From Lepidodermella squamata (lineage: Eukaryota; Animalia; Gastrotricha), in assembly GCA_047495785.1 (NCBI GenBank), contig JBLDXI010000003.1, forward strand, positions 3,286,001 through 3,350,000: a stretch of 64,000 nt of DNA, read 5' to 3'. The position numbers were made by a program, and so were the translations under genes. Below, piece by piece: positions 37,220 through 50,470 of the stretch; position 1 is the first letter of the stretch; every line of letters begins with the position of its first letter. The notes beneath the pieces were generated by a model. It saw only the letters and a list, made by a program, of their open reading frames with translations. It did not search any database and was not told the DNA's origin.

Positions 37220-38977
37220 TGTTTTGATCACACGTTTTGATCACGTGTGCACGTGTGACCTTTGACCTGCAAAACGGGAGTATAATGGTCGACTACGCCT
37301 CTGCCGATGCTTCCCACAACGCGCGAACCAGCGACAAGCACAAGTTGATCAAGAACCGCTCTGCCAACCGCGAACGCGCATCGGCCAGCTACGCCTCGGC
37401 CGGCAAGCGTGACTCCGTTTACGACCAGAAGAAGTCCAAGGCTGGTAGCAAGCGCCACGGTCGCAAGCACCGCGAAAGCGGCAAGGCTGCCTTCGCCAAT
37501 CATGATCAGGCATACGCCGACTCTGGCGCCGCCGCCGCTGCCCAGCACCACAGTCGCAACAAGAAGCACGGCCGTGCTGACCACAAGCGCAAGAGCGGTT
37601 TCACCAAGGACCAGGCTCACGACAAGCAAGGAGAAGAGATCGAGTACAAGAAGAAGAACTTCGCCGACAAGGGCCACAACAAGATCAACAAGTTCAGCTA
37701 CGAATCCGGTGCCAAGAACTTCGGTGCCTACGACTCCGATGGTGCTGCCACCACTGCCAGCCGCAAGAAGACCGCCAAGAAGGCCCATGGCAAGAAGTCC
37801 CGCAAGGCCCACTCTGCCGACTACGCCTCTCGCGACTCGAAGGCCTCGGCCGCCGCCGCCTCGAAGAGCGCGAAGCGCAACAAGGCCCACCACCGCCGCG
37901 CCTCAGCCTCCGTCGCCCGTGACTCGCGCAACGCCCGCGACTACAAGGCCAGCAGCAAGAAGACCTCCGTCTCCGACTCTGCCCACGCCCGCAAGGCTGG
38001 ATCCAAATATGGTCGCAAACGCGCCAACGCCTCGGCTGAACGTGCCACTCACGACTTCCATGCAGGTGCCTCTGGCAGCTACCAGGAAAAGAGCGCCAGC
38101 GCCAAGAAGGACAGCGCCCCCAAGAAGGCTGCCAAGAAGGAAGGAAAGAAGGGCGGCAAGAAGGCCAAGAAGACCTCAGTTGCTTACAGCTACAAGGAAA
38201 AGAGCGCCAGCAGCGCCAAGAAGGACAGCAGCAACGGCTACCATGGCAAGAAGGCTGCCAAGAAGGGCGGCAAGAAGGGCAAGAAGTCCTCAGGCTCTTA
38301 CGGCTACGGAAAGAAGAGCGCCAGCAGCAACGGCTACCATGGCAAGAAGACCGAGAAGAAGGGTGGCAAGAAGGGCGGCTACAACCACGGCTATGGTCAT
38401 GAAGCAGCTCATGGAGATAGCACCTACACATACTGAGCCTTGGCTTTCAGTCAATATTTTGGCTTGAGATAAAGAACTGATTAAATGATATTTACTCTGG
38501 CGAGAATAATGTTGTGATCTGTTGATGTTTTTAGGATTCATTCGACGAAATAAAAATGCAAAATGTAGATAATAATGTCTCTTTGTGTATTGTAAACGGT
38601 TTAGTGCAAAGATGCAAGTAATTTGGTTATCTCCTGCTAAGACTAAATGAGCCCAAAAGACTAGCTTTTCAGCTGTACCGGATTGGAGGCCTTTAAATAT
38701 AGCTTGTTTTAACTTGATAAAAATACATGAATTATTTTACCTAATACTTCCAAGTTCCGAGGTCAAACTTGCACACTTGTAAAAACGGATCGAATTCTGT
38801 GAATTAAAGCTGTTCTTATAAGAGTTAATGCTTCTTGCAGTTGCAGTCTCTTGATAATAAACGTTCGTCATGTTCACATTATAATTGGAGAAATCCTGTT
38901 GCGGCCGTCTAAGATGTATTCTATCTTAAAACATAAAATGCTACACCATCAAACCGTACGCTACACATTTTTCATGG

Positions 38978-40348
38978 TCACACTTTTATTAAAGAAATGA
39001 ACTTGGAGAATTCGTACAATTTACAATAAACGCATAGTTCAGACCACTCTTGCTTCAACCGTCTCGACAACTCAGTTGAATTTTTCACGAATTCAGCCAG
39101 TTTCGACATTTTGAATGGATGCAGCGCAATTATTTCATCGAAATCAATTCGTTGCGCGAAATGCCGTTTCTTCCAATTTCGCATGAAAATTCGCCGCCTA
39201 TCCAGCGTTCTAGCTCGGCCTGGGTCAAAACTGGCAAAGGTCGTGCCAAGGGCAATCTCTTGAAAGACATTATGCCGAGCCAATCTCTCGAACATGGCTA
39301 GCGTAATCGGTAGATCAGTTTGCGAAATATAGAAAAAATCCGCGGGACAATGAGACATGCGACGAGCTCTGCCTGACTTCAATTCCAGATTCTTACGAGC
39401 GTTGCGAAAAATAGAGGAAGTGTTTGAAAGCTCAAAAAATTCCTGGAAAAAAATATAGTTCAAGAATAATTAATTATTATTAATTTTGCTTACGTCATAA
39501 AAATTTCTCATTGAGGCCTTGTATTGAAACAAATGCTTCCAAGAAAACGGCGTCGTACAATTGCCAGGGCCTGAGCAAGCCTTGAGAACATCGACGTCGT
39601 AGTAATAACCTCGGTCAATCTCAAACGTTGAATAGCTTTTATCTAGGTCAAGTTGAACTGGGTCATAAATCGCCTTCCAATAGCTGAATAGCACGTCGTC
39701 ATGAGCGAAAACCACACCGCTGGTATTTGGCAATTTTGACGATTTAACGGCAGAGTTTAAGCAGCTGTAAATCGTCTCGCCAACTCCTTGAACAACTGGG
39801 ACTTGGTTAACATGATTCAGCTGTCGATCTTCGAAAAATCTCGAGAACTCTCGGGTCGAATTTGGATAGAAATCTTGAATAGCCCTCGAAAATTCAGATT
39901 TAATTGCCGTTGGCAGGCAAAAGTAAACTTCCGCGAAAAGTCTGCCGAAGATTGCGTTAACTAGCGGGGCGACTTCGTAGTGATGAACTCGATTGAAAGC
40001 CAGTATCAAAATAGTTGAATTGCGAAGGCGTTGCAGGTGGTGAAGTTCGTCACGCCTCAGCGGTTTCGCATCTGGAGGTTTCGATTTCTCCGTGAAATTG
40101 CACGTTGTAGCCAGGTCGAAATCACACAGTCGATTTTTAATAAATCGATCGCTTTCGGTCCAGAAAGGCGTGGACTCATTCTGGAGCTCGTTCTTCAAAT
40201 TAATGATAAATTCTTCAGGCGCCAAGAGCCATTTGTTGGGCAACCAGGCTCTCTGCGACCCGAAAATCGTTATCGCTGTGAAGCTGATTATCAGCGTAAT
40301 AAAAAATGTAGCTAATAGCCATTTATTCTTAATAGACTTTCCTTCCAT
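38978..40348 (-). CDS. Type II membrane STELLO/DUF288-like putative glycosyltransferase, copy 1 (exons 40348-39494, 39442-38978)
   Basis: N-terminal TM anchor; GVVFAHDDVLFSYW, ADFFYI, FQEIALGT and LHPFKMS resemble STELLO C-terminal motifs; near-identical inverted paralog. Confidence 0.65.
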
Positions 40349-41114
40349 AGTTATTTTGGAAATGTTTCCATAACTTGTCAATTTTTCGATTCGCGTGGCA
40401 GAGTGCTACGCCATTCATTTCTTTGAATACCGGAAGCGAAAATATCCACGCGATCTGAGGTGTTTTTCAGCCATAACAAAAAATGCACTGCGCTGCAAAT
40501 AGAAATCATATGTACCTCAAGTGGGATTAGCCGAAGTAGTTATTTTCAGATCTGCCTGATTTCGAAAGAATTTCACTCTATGGGACTAAGGGGTACCTGC
40601 GATTGGATGAATGAGACAAGCCCTGCTAATATCGGATGGCACGTTCGATAATCTTGAATGCAAGAGAATGCTGGAAAAGCTGTCTATTAGTATCATATCG
40701 AGCGTCTATTCATCAATGCCTCTTCACGGAAATAGATCAACTGAGGATTAATTTGTTTACTACATCACGTAAGTTCATTATGTCCCAAATTTCAGTTAAA
40801 CTGCAGTCAAAATTTAGCCATCGCCTTGCCCCCAAAATGTGTTAGAAATTTGTTAGTTCTAGTTGGATCTCCATCAGCGTCGACGTATGAAGATCGCGGT
40901 TAAGTTGTTATTAATTCAGCTTTGATGATAGGATAACAAATCACGATCTTCCGCTACCCCTTCCTGATTGCATAGGATGGCTAGTTTTTAAATCGGAAGT
41001 TATTATACATCGCCAACGACATCCCGTAGTGCATGGCATTGGCAGGGTGTCTCAAAACAACACTTTAATTAAAACGAGAATTTCACAATTTTTCATAAAA
41101 AATAAAAAAATATC

Positions 41115-43134
41115 ATGACGGTTTCTCTAAATATGTCCTCATCATTGGCGATTTTACAGGTCGTCGATTCCGAGAAAGGCCTACTAGCGATTATCGACTA
41201 CGTCCTAGTAATTCTAGCCTTCTTCGCCAATATCATTGCACTGAACGCCGTTATGAAAACCGAATTCGGCCTAATCAGCTATCGATTTCTGTTAATCAGC
41301 CTCGCTAGCAGTGATTTGTTCCTCTGCAGCGTTCACATTGGCATTTTTCTGTTTCAAATGATCAACAACTTCCTGGATACAATTTGCGTCATCCATTTCC
41401 TTCGAAGTCTCCTCCTATTCGGCGTTTTCGCTAATTTGTTCAACTTGATGGGAATGAGCTTCGATCACTTTTTAGGAGTATCTAACCCTATGCGCTATCG
41501 ATGTGTGAGTCAATAAGAATTTCTAAATTTAATTTCGAATTTTTATATTTAAATTTCCAAATTTCAAATTTTAATCAAATTTTACATATTTTAAACATTT
41601 AAATTTTTTTTTAGATGGTAAATCCAACAACGGTTCGGCTATCAATAGCTTTAATTTGGGTCTTAGCATTCATTTGCGGTAAAATAAATACTATTTCCTA
41701 GAATTTCTCGAATTTTTTCCGTCTCTAGGTTTTGCAGACTTGCCAATCTCTGCTGTAGTTTATACCATGACGAGAAAGCCGTCTGAACTCGCTGAAAAGC
41801 CGCCTGATTGCCCGCAATCACCCATGACTACAGCAGCAACGATCGTTTGGAGGAAAACTACGAGAATTCTCGCATTTTCGAGAAAAATGAAATCGAAACG
41901 GCTGAGATTATTCAACGTAACAACGAAAGCTCCGCGGGTTACGCGATCGATCCCGCTCGGCAGTGAAACTGAGAATTTGTTCGGTTTAGACCTGAAAAAA
42001 TTTACAGAAATTCTGGAAAGCAAGCTCAGCCCTCCTAATTTGTACGCAAATTTTCGGCGTATTATTCTCAAACTAATTATTCACATTTTTAGTACCGCGA
42101 ATCGAGACGTTAAATGCAAAAATGGGACACTTACGGACAAGGAGGAGGAATTTTTCCGAGAGTTGGCGGCATTTGAATCGCGAGACGTCGCGCATCCCGA
42201 CTACAACTGGGTCGGCTGGTGTGCCTATGGTAACAGCAACAAAATCTGGGTTGAAATTTTCGCGCTTTTCCTTACAATTCTTTCTTTCATCGTCGTGTCC
42301 TATTTTTACTTCAAAATATTTCGAGAGGTCAGTAATTATCTCTAGATTTTGATTGATTTTAATTTTTTTTGTTTTATTAGGTCTCAACTCGTAGGAGTAA
42401 TGTTCGAAAATTGACTACTACGACCTGCCTATTATTAGGAATTCTAGCCTTATCGTGGCTTCCATTGTCATCTTTCGAAATTATTATGTGGCTATTAGTT
42501 TCGAATAACGAGCAAGAACACGAAATGTCCCACGGGTAAATTTTAGGAAAAATTAATTAATTTATTTTAATTTAATTTTTTCAGTTTATTTATAATGCAC
42601 AACATTTTCGAGACGCTATTTTTCTGTCACGGTCTGTTGGACCCGATCGCTTACATCGCGAGGCTACCGAATGTTCAGGTGTCTATTCTAAGGCGTGTTA
42701 GCGAGACTGTTCCATTAGCTGGGAAATACCTGAAACGAACCTCGATCATGTCGTCTCACCCTACGCTAGCGGCCATGGTGTCTAATCGGTCGTTGATTCG
42801 GCCACTTTTAGGCGATAGCCACAGCGACACGCTTGACATAACGCTGAGCGCTTACAGCAATTCTGGGTCGAATACACCGTCGCAGAACCGGCCGAGGCGT
42901 TACACGATAATCGCCAAGGATGAAGCGGCGTCGATTCTCGACGATTCATCGCCTCGGACGCAATTTAATCACGAGTTGCTAAAACTGTGCGCCTACGCGA
43001 GTGAAACGCAAGTCCCTGGCAACTGGGACGATCATCATCATCACGAGCCGCAAAATCAGGGCAGTAGTATAGAAGACGTTCAATCGACTTCCCATCAAAA
43101 ATTGCATCGACAAGACAGCGTAGCGTCGATGTAA
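41115..43134 (+). CDS. Multi-exon class A (rhodopsin-like) orphan GPCR 1 with a long second extracellular loop
   Basis: TM1 Asn, SLASSD (TM2), MSFDHF..NPMRY (DRY variant), SWLP (TM6), DPIAY (NPxxY variant); short GT-AG introns. Confidence 0.82.
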
Positions 43135-43738
43135 ATCTGTTTTGTGTTAAAAATAAACTACGACTTTTAATGAGAATTGACGTGTCATTTATGGGAGTGA
43201 AATTAATGAAACAACACCGCGGATTATTTTAAGGACCATATACAACTTTTTTATTATTCCATTTTGATCTCCTATTAAGTCGCTACAGATTTTGCGTGAA
43301 AAATATCATTTAATAAAAAATCATTGATTTATTTTTTCATCATTTTTCGCCTCGACTTCGGAAGTAATAATATTGTGCGAGATAGGATGTGCCCCTCGGC
43401 TTTAAATTCGCACCTGAGCCTATATACTATCATGTCTCTTAGTGGCAAGTTCTTGTTATTTTTTGTCATAGGTAATTTAATTGGCTGTCATTAAATTAAG
43501 CTATTGTCTGGCCACCGAATTACTGCTTTTTTTTATTCAATTTACGGCGAATCCTTATACTATACTCAGCACTGAGCTTCAATATAGGTACATGAAATCA
43601 GATAGCTTAATAGGCGATATGTGGGAAATGATCAGTATCACCTTCCTTCTTCTTCCTCTCACCTTGAAAATGCTTTTAAACCCTCGAAGCTAAACGCATT
43701 CAATTCATTGCTGTTTTTTTTCAATTTTTTGTTTAGCC

Positions 43739-45748
43739 ATGTCTACGGCACAAAATTTTGATATATCAGCCCTATTTTCGGCGGTTGATTACACGGTTGT
43801 ATGCCTGGCAATTGCGTTCAACGTCGCGGCGTTGAATGCCGTTATGAAGGCTAAATTTGGTCTAATAAGTTACCGCCTTCTGCTCATCAGCCTCGCCGCC
43901 AGTGATTTGTTCTCCTGCTTGTTACAAGCCGCGTATTTCGTCACGCTGGCGATAAGCGAGAAATACAACACTGTCTGCATTTTAAATTTGCTTCGAAACC
44001 TTATTTTATTCGGATTTATCGCAAGTCTTTTCATCCTGGTCGGAATGAGTGTCGACCATTATTTGGGCGTATCGAATCCTATTCGATATCGATGCGTAAT
44101 TGACCTCGTTTTTTCAGTGATAATTTAAGAAAAAATTAATTTTCACAGATGGTCAACTCCAGTAGCGTTAAAGGAGCGATAGCCTTCATTTGGGTGTTGG
44201 CGTTAATATGCGGTAAATTTTTATTGAAAACCTGTTTAAATTTGGCCTATAATAGTTTTTCCTCAGGTTTTATCGATATTCCTATATCAGCCGGTGTTTA
44301 TAGCCAGAAGCCTGATTTAGCGTTACAAGGACCCGTGACCGCCTGTACCCCCATGACGACATCAACTGCTGCAACGATAGCTACCCGTTCGGCGAGGAGG
44401 CCGAAATTAATAGCCCAAAAAACGATAAAGCCTAAGCATAACAAATCGCTATCAAACGCCCCGAAGAGAGATAGGAAGCCGAGATTTTTATTCCGGACAC
44501 GAACTGAGGAAGAAGGTGAGACGACGCCTGGGGACGATTGGGAACTCTACGACCTCGAAAAATTGTCGAAAATTTTAGAAAACAAGCTCAACCCGTCAAA
44601 TGGGTATAAAATAATTTATACTGGCAATTTTTCTGAATTACAAATACAATTTATAGATCAATTTTCGAAGGACTGCCGTGCCTCAGCGATGGCGGCAATG
44701 ACGACAAGGAGCGGGAATTTTTCAAAGAATTAGCTCAATTTAACTCGAGAAAGGCCGATAATGCTGTTCAGACAAGCTCAAATTGGTGCCGATTTGCGAA
44801 TGAAAACAAAATTTCAATCGAAATAGCCGCACTGGCCCTGACTATGATTTCATCAGTTATTGTCGCGATTTGCTACCTGAAGACCTTCAAAATTGTAGGA
44901 AAAATTGTTAGGAAAATATTTTTTTTAATTATTATTTTTATAGGTCGCGGATCAAAGAGGTCAGCGGAGTATTCGAAAACTGACTACAACAACGTGTTTA
45001 TTATTGGGAATTCTCGGAATGTGTTGGTTGCCCTTATCCATCTACGAATTTTCTATGTGGCTCGTCATTTCGAATTCTAACAGTGAAGAATCCCGTCCAG
45101 GGTAAAAAAATTCAAAAAATCCTCCTTAATTGAATAAATTTTCATTTTTTTCTTAGATTAATCATTTTGCATAAAGTTTTTAATACGCTATTTCTCAGTC
45201 ACGGTCTGCTGAATCCTATCGTCTATATCGCCCGGTTGAAAAATATTCAAGTTTCGATAGCGAAAAGGATAACTGATGGCTTGCCTTTTATTGGGAAATA
45301 TTTGGAAAAATCTCCCCTTGCGCCGAGATTGAGCAGTAGCAGCAGCGTTTTTCAACCGGGCACGCGTACAGGCAGTACGTCGATACCTTCATCGCAAATT
45401 TTAACGCAACAACGTCGCTACCGGTGCATGACTGCTGTTAGTACTAGTGCTAGTAATAGTAATAGCCGCGCGGGCCTTAAATTGAGGCAATTCAACAACG
45501 ACGTGCAGCCGTACAAAATGAAGTCGTCGCGATGTCACAGTGCTATCGACAGTGAAGAAACTACGGAGTTGACACTAATGAGCCAGGCGTCTTTCAAAAT
45601 TGCTGACAGCGAATCGAGCCGACGAGACAGCGTGTTCTACGATGATATTGATGCTAATAATCAAGTTCCGGCGACTGCGGTTATTATAGCCAAGCTAGAG
45701 CCGCAGCTATCACCTAGTGGCAAACGAGGCAGTGCTATTTCTTTATAA
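43739..45748 (+). CDS. Multi-exon class A orphan GPCR 2, tandem paralog of GPCR 1
   Basis: SLAASD, MSVDHY..NPIRY, CWLP, NPIVY; matching intron positions. Confidence 0.82.
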
Positions 45749-45916
45749 CCATAAGGTGACCGTACTTATTTTTTTATTTTAATGATAAATGATAAATCTG
45801 AAGGAAGAGACATCTTTTAGTTTTTTACACATGAAAGATACCCGATGCTTACTATTTTTCGAATAATACGTTGAATAAAGCGCGAAGTCTTATATTTTCG
45901 CTCACTTGCAATGTTT

Positions 45917-46174
45917 TTAGTTAGCTAATATTACACCCATTGCCGCATTATAGTCGTCACGCTGCTTCGTGGGAAGGGTGCAGCCACAGCAGCCAGATAA
46001 TTTACCACCCTTCGGGCAGCAGATACAGCCTCTTGCTGGCATCGCGTTGACCGGAGCGTCCATTGGGCTGTCATCTGCCTGGAGAGTGTATTCATAGTCG
46101 CCAATCACATTTGCTGAAGTGCCAATGGCGAAAATAGCCAAGGCGAAGAAGAACATTACATGAAAAACGTTCAT
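45917..46174 (-). CDS. Secreted Cys-rich prepropeptide 1 (CxCC-x8-CCxC), 85 aa
   Basis: Signal MNVFHVMFFFALAIFAIGTSA, acidic pro-region, then R-GCICCPKGGKLSGCCGC; paralog conserved. Confidence 0.75.
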   Translation of the reverse strand: MNVFHVMFFFALAIFAIGTSANVIGDYEYTLQADDSPMDAPVNAMPARGCICCPKGGKLSGCCGCTLPTKQRDDYNAAMGVILAN

Positions 46175-47105
46175 TTTCAACTGCTCAGAGTTTCAGTTTA
46201 ATCAACGGAAAAATTAAACTAGAACTAGAGCCTTTTAATAATGAGCCATTTAAAGTCGCAACATGCACTTGTTTAAAGACAAATCCAGCGGAAATTCCCA
46301 TGGTTTTACACGAAATGTCGATTAAATTTAGTAACACCTAGCGGACACCTGTGCGTGGCGGGCGTGGCACTTGTACATTTGGTTGCACTCGGTTATTTTC
46401 CCATGAACCATTTAGTAGACAAATTACTCAATTTATTCGGTAATTATGCGTGATTTTCGCGTACGATATAGTGAGACCTACCCTGTTTAGCTGATAAAAG
46501 GTCACACGTTAATTAGGTAATTCATGTAATTACATCGAATTTTGGGACAATCTTAGCTATCGAAAGAAAAATGACAATTGGTTTTCTCATGGTAATCACT
46601 TTAAGTTCAGTGAGAATCGGACGATTTTGAAAACGTGGATGCGACATTTTTCGCATTTTTCTCATTTTTTTCCAAAAAAGTCAAAATTTACTAAAAGCTA
46701 CCAATGCCAAAGCTACCAAAGCTACCAATTTCCGTATGCAAATGAGAATCTGCAAATTATTTTCTTTCGTGGAAACATTTTTTCGTTCGCCAAAAAATGA
46801 GGTAAAAAATTTCTGAGTTTTTTAATACTCGGAAACATGGTTTTGTCGAACATCACCCTGCCAAAATAAATGTTGCGCGTGTTTTGCTCTTTTGTCGTTG
46901 CTGTAATACCTTAGATAAGGTGACCGTACTTATGTTTTTATTTAAATGATACATGATAATTCTGAAAGGAGAGACAGCTTTTAGTTTTTTTACACATGAA
47001 AGATAAGTACCCGATGCTTATTATTTTTCGAATAATATGTTGAATAAAGCGCGAAGTTTCTTTATTTTGGCTCACTTGTAATGTTTTTGCTGACTCATAA
47101 CCCAA

Positions 47106-47330
47106 TTAGCCGACACGGATACGCCGCTTCAAAAAATTGCAGACGCAGCATCCATGTGTTTTACCACTCTTCGGGCAGCAGGCACAAAAGTCTCCCTTTG
47201 ATTGGCCTGGATCGTCCATTGGGCTGTCATCTGCTTGGAGAGTGTACTCACGGTCATCGATCACATTTGCTGAAGTGCCGATGGCGAAAATAGCCAAGAC
47301 GAAGAAGAACATTACATGAAAAACGTTCAT
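47106..47330 (-). CDS. Secreted Cys-rich prepropeptide 2 (CxCC-x8-CCxC), 74 aa
   Basis: Near-identical signal and pro-region; core CACCPKSGKTHGCCVC. Confidence 0.75.
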   Translation of the reverse strand: MNVFHVMFFFVLAIFAIGTSANVIDDREYTLQADDSPMDDPGQSKGDFCACCPKSGKTHGCCVCNFLKRRIRVG

Positions 47331-48325
47331 TTTCAACTGCTCAGAGTTTCAGTTTAATCAACGGAAAATTAAACTATGGAACCAGTGCCTCTGAAATAAG
47401 CCTTTTGAGGGCGTAACGTGCACTTGTATAAAGACAAATCCAGCGGAAATTCCCATGGTTACACACGAAAAATCGTTTAAATTCTGTAACACCAAGCGAA
47501 CACCTGTGCGTGGCGGGCGTGGCACTTGCACATTTGGTTGCACTTGGCTATTTTCTCATGAACCATGTAGTAGAAAAATGACTCATTTTATCGGTTATAC
47601 GTGATTTTCGCGAACGAAAATCGTGAGACACTCCCTTTTTCGCTGATAAAAGGTCACACGTTATCCACGTAATTACGTCGACTTATGGGACAAGAGCGTA
47701 TTTTTCCATATTTTTATCCAAACTTTGATTCAATGATTCGAAATTTACTAAAAGCTACCAATGCCATTCCGTATGCAAATGAGCATCTGCAAATAATTTT
47801 CCTTTCATGCAAAATTGAGGCAAAAATCGTCCGTAAAATGGCTTAACTTTGCAAATAAGTAAATCGGACATAGCTTTTACACACAATTGAGATGTAATAA
47901 ATTTCTGAGCTTCCAATACTCGAAAACATGGTTTTGCCTAACATCACCCTGCCAAAATTAAATGTTGCGCTTGTGTCCTTTTGCTCTTTTGTCGTTGCGC
48001 TAATACCTTAGATCCTTTATTCCAGCGGAAATAATGAAGAATCGAAGTTCTTTCTCGCTGATTATTGGTATCGGTCATTGGTTTCATCGATAGGAAACTC
48101 ACATAATTACAAGCACGATAAAGGTGAAGCAGGAAGTGAAGCAGATAAAACAGCGTGACTCTATGCTTAATTATTGGAGAAGCTTAAATTCATAACAATT
48201 CAAGCGTTTGGGAACGTGATAGTGACGTAAACAGCGCAATGATAATGTAAATGAGGTCACGATTAACAGGAGAGTAAACAAAACACCGAAACCTGATAAA
48301 CAAATACACGAATTTATATGAGAAA

Positions 48326-49342
48326 ATGGCGGCACTGAAAATACTGGTAACAGGTGAATTTTCTACAATTTTCCCTTCTATTTAGTTCTAGTTCTGAGCC
48401 AATACAGGTGGCGAAGGCTTAATCGGCTCGGCCCTAGTCGAAAAATTGCGGCAAAAATACGGCAATACCAACGTGATTTCTTTCGACAACCGGGCGAACC
48501 AATCCAGCTCGGAAAGTTTGTTTATTCAAGGCGATGTTACAGATTACCAATCCTTGGAAAAGGCGGTCAAGGATCATGGTATCACATGGGTCTTCCACAT
48601 GGCTGCGATGTTGTCCCTATGCTGCGAGGCCAACCCTGTTGTAGGGCTCAAAGTCAACGTAGATGGCTTTCACAACTTGATGGAAATCGCAAGAATTCAC
48701 AAGTTGCGAGTTTTCGCTCCATCCTCCTTATTGGCTTTCGGCCCGTCGACGCCTAAAATTATGACACCTGACATCACAATCCAACGGCCTACGTCACTTT
48801 ACGGAGTAACAAAATTACACACCGAATTAATCGGCGAATTTTATCACCGCAAATACGGCGTTGATTTTCGGTGTTTGAGATACCCAGTTGTCATAACGTT
48901 GCTGTCGGATCTTCATCGATCGACCATCGGCTTTGGCGGGGAAATGTTTGCCAAGGCGGTGAAATCTCGGAAAATTCTAGTCGACGTCGCCCCTGGAACT
49001 TGCCTACCCTACGTTTTCATCGATGATTGCGTTGATGGTACGATGCAATTTATGGAGGCCGAAAGCGATAAGTTGACCTTGAGGTGTTATAACATAACGG
49101 CGTTCAGTGTCTCGGCGTCTCAAATTGCGGCCGAAATTCGAAATCACATGCCTGATTTACAGGTCGATTACGAAGAGGATGAGTTGAAGCTGCCGATTAT
49201 TGACGCGCAGGTCAAGTCGATGGACGATTCGAATGCTAGGGAAGACTGGGGTTGGAAACCTTCATTTCTATTACCTGAACTTACTGCAGAAATACTCGCT
49301 AGATACAAGGCTATGGAAAGTGAAAAATCAGAAAATGGATAA
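48326..49342 (+). CDS. TDH: L-threonine 3-dehydrogenase-like extended SDR (exons 48326-48353, 48408-49342)
   Basis: Spliced ILVTGGEGLIG Rossmann motif; HMAAMLS; AFGPSTP; TIQRPTSLYGVTK (YxxxK); GVDFRCLRYP; AREDWGWKP. Confidence 0.8.
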
Positions 49343-50003
49343 TTTGAGATGCTCACAAGCAATGAATAAAATGCCACGCCGCAATAAAATAAATGAATCT
49401 TTGGAAATTTTATGAAAATTCAGTATTAAAAAGTTGAACAAAGGCATGGGGAAAAATCATATATACCTATAATCTGACATCCGAACGGGCTCAAACTAGA
49501 TCAGGTCACCGCACTGGTGGACATTGGACATTTTATGACTCTGAAATCAATGCGAGAGACCAAAATAACCGTCATTATTGGCTAATAAAAAAAATCAAAA
49601 ATCGGGTTTTTAGCAATTGAAATCCCCTCAATTAGGCCTCCTGTAAGTACATATGCGAGGATTAGAATCACGATATGAATTTGTATTGGTACGAAATGAC
49701 CACGATATGAATTTTCCGGTACGAACTTACACTAAATCATCCTAATTAACCGCTTCTCAAAAATTACCTGAATTCACGCTCAGAAAACTGAAAATCATCC
49801 TAATTTATCCCCAATTCCCCAAAAGCATGAATTCTGATACCAAAGATAAATTCATGCCTTCGGATTGGCGATTTTTCTGGTGCATATTATAGATAATTGA
49901 GTCGAATAGAAGAAAATATATTTTTGAGAGGTTTTTTAAGCCTGCATTTTTCAAATAATTCCGTTCTAGGCAAAAAAATGATAAACAACCAACAATGGTA
50001 ATA

Positions 50004-50148
50004 CCGTATCTGTTCCACTACTCGTAGCCCGCAAGGTGGAGGTTCGAAAACATCAAAATGAACGATCCACCAAAATTTATTTTTTGAAATTCTCCAAATT
50101 TCGAGGTTGAAATTTTAGTAGCGCGGACTGTTATAGGAACAAATACGG
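50004..50148. mobile_element. Tc1/mariner-type MITE (145 bp) flanked by TA
   Basis: ta|ccgtatctgttcc ... ggaacaaatacgg|ta. Confidence 0.65.
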
Positions 50149-50470
50149 TAATTTATGAAATTTTAGAAAGCAACCTTTTCTTTTATTAGATGATAATATA
50201 AGTCACTTGGGGAAATTTAATTAAATTAGCATGAATCAATAAGTATGCACGGCGTGGCAAGAGAATTCACAATTTATCACCAGATACCTCGAAATTTTTT
50301 AAAACTGGATAATTACAACTTAAACAGCGATTACATGTCAATCGTTGTCAAGAAAAATATTATAGTCTCGAAATCGTTTTCATGGTATCGATTTTCAATG
50401 AAAATTCAAAGTTGATTCAAAGTGGTTGTTATTATTGCAGGAACCCAGGAAGAAACGCATTTCAGGGCTC

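Larger units (their letters stand above)
34373..37287. mobile_element. Non-autonomous foldback DNA element (~560 bp once the nested P element is removed), TIR CATTATACTCCC..., 2-bp TSD GT
   Basis: cattatactcccgttttgcaggtcaaa at 34373 and its reverse complement ending at 37287. Arms stay similar for ~200 bp or more. Empty site gccgtcgac is seen in C1 and C4. Confidence 0.88.
34073..38436 (+). pseudogene. Family C copy C2 interrupted by a nested transposon insertion (coding 34073-34118, 34174-34372, 37290-38436)
   Basis: Removing 34373-37287 and one GT restores ...AEQENGAVDYASAD..., colinear with C4. Confidence 0.88.
45751..48013. repeat. Tandem duplication of a ~1.1-kb unit (45751-46914, 46915-48013), each carrying a Cys-rich peptide gene
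   Basis: Both units start ataaggtgaccgtactta and end taataccttag, and are colinear throughout. Confidence 0.9.

Noticed and set aside
37237-37289. Start of the 399-aa ORF (MITCARVTFD...)
   Set aside because: Derived from the transposon TIR; the real gene start is 34073.
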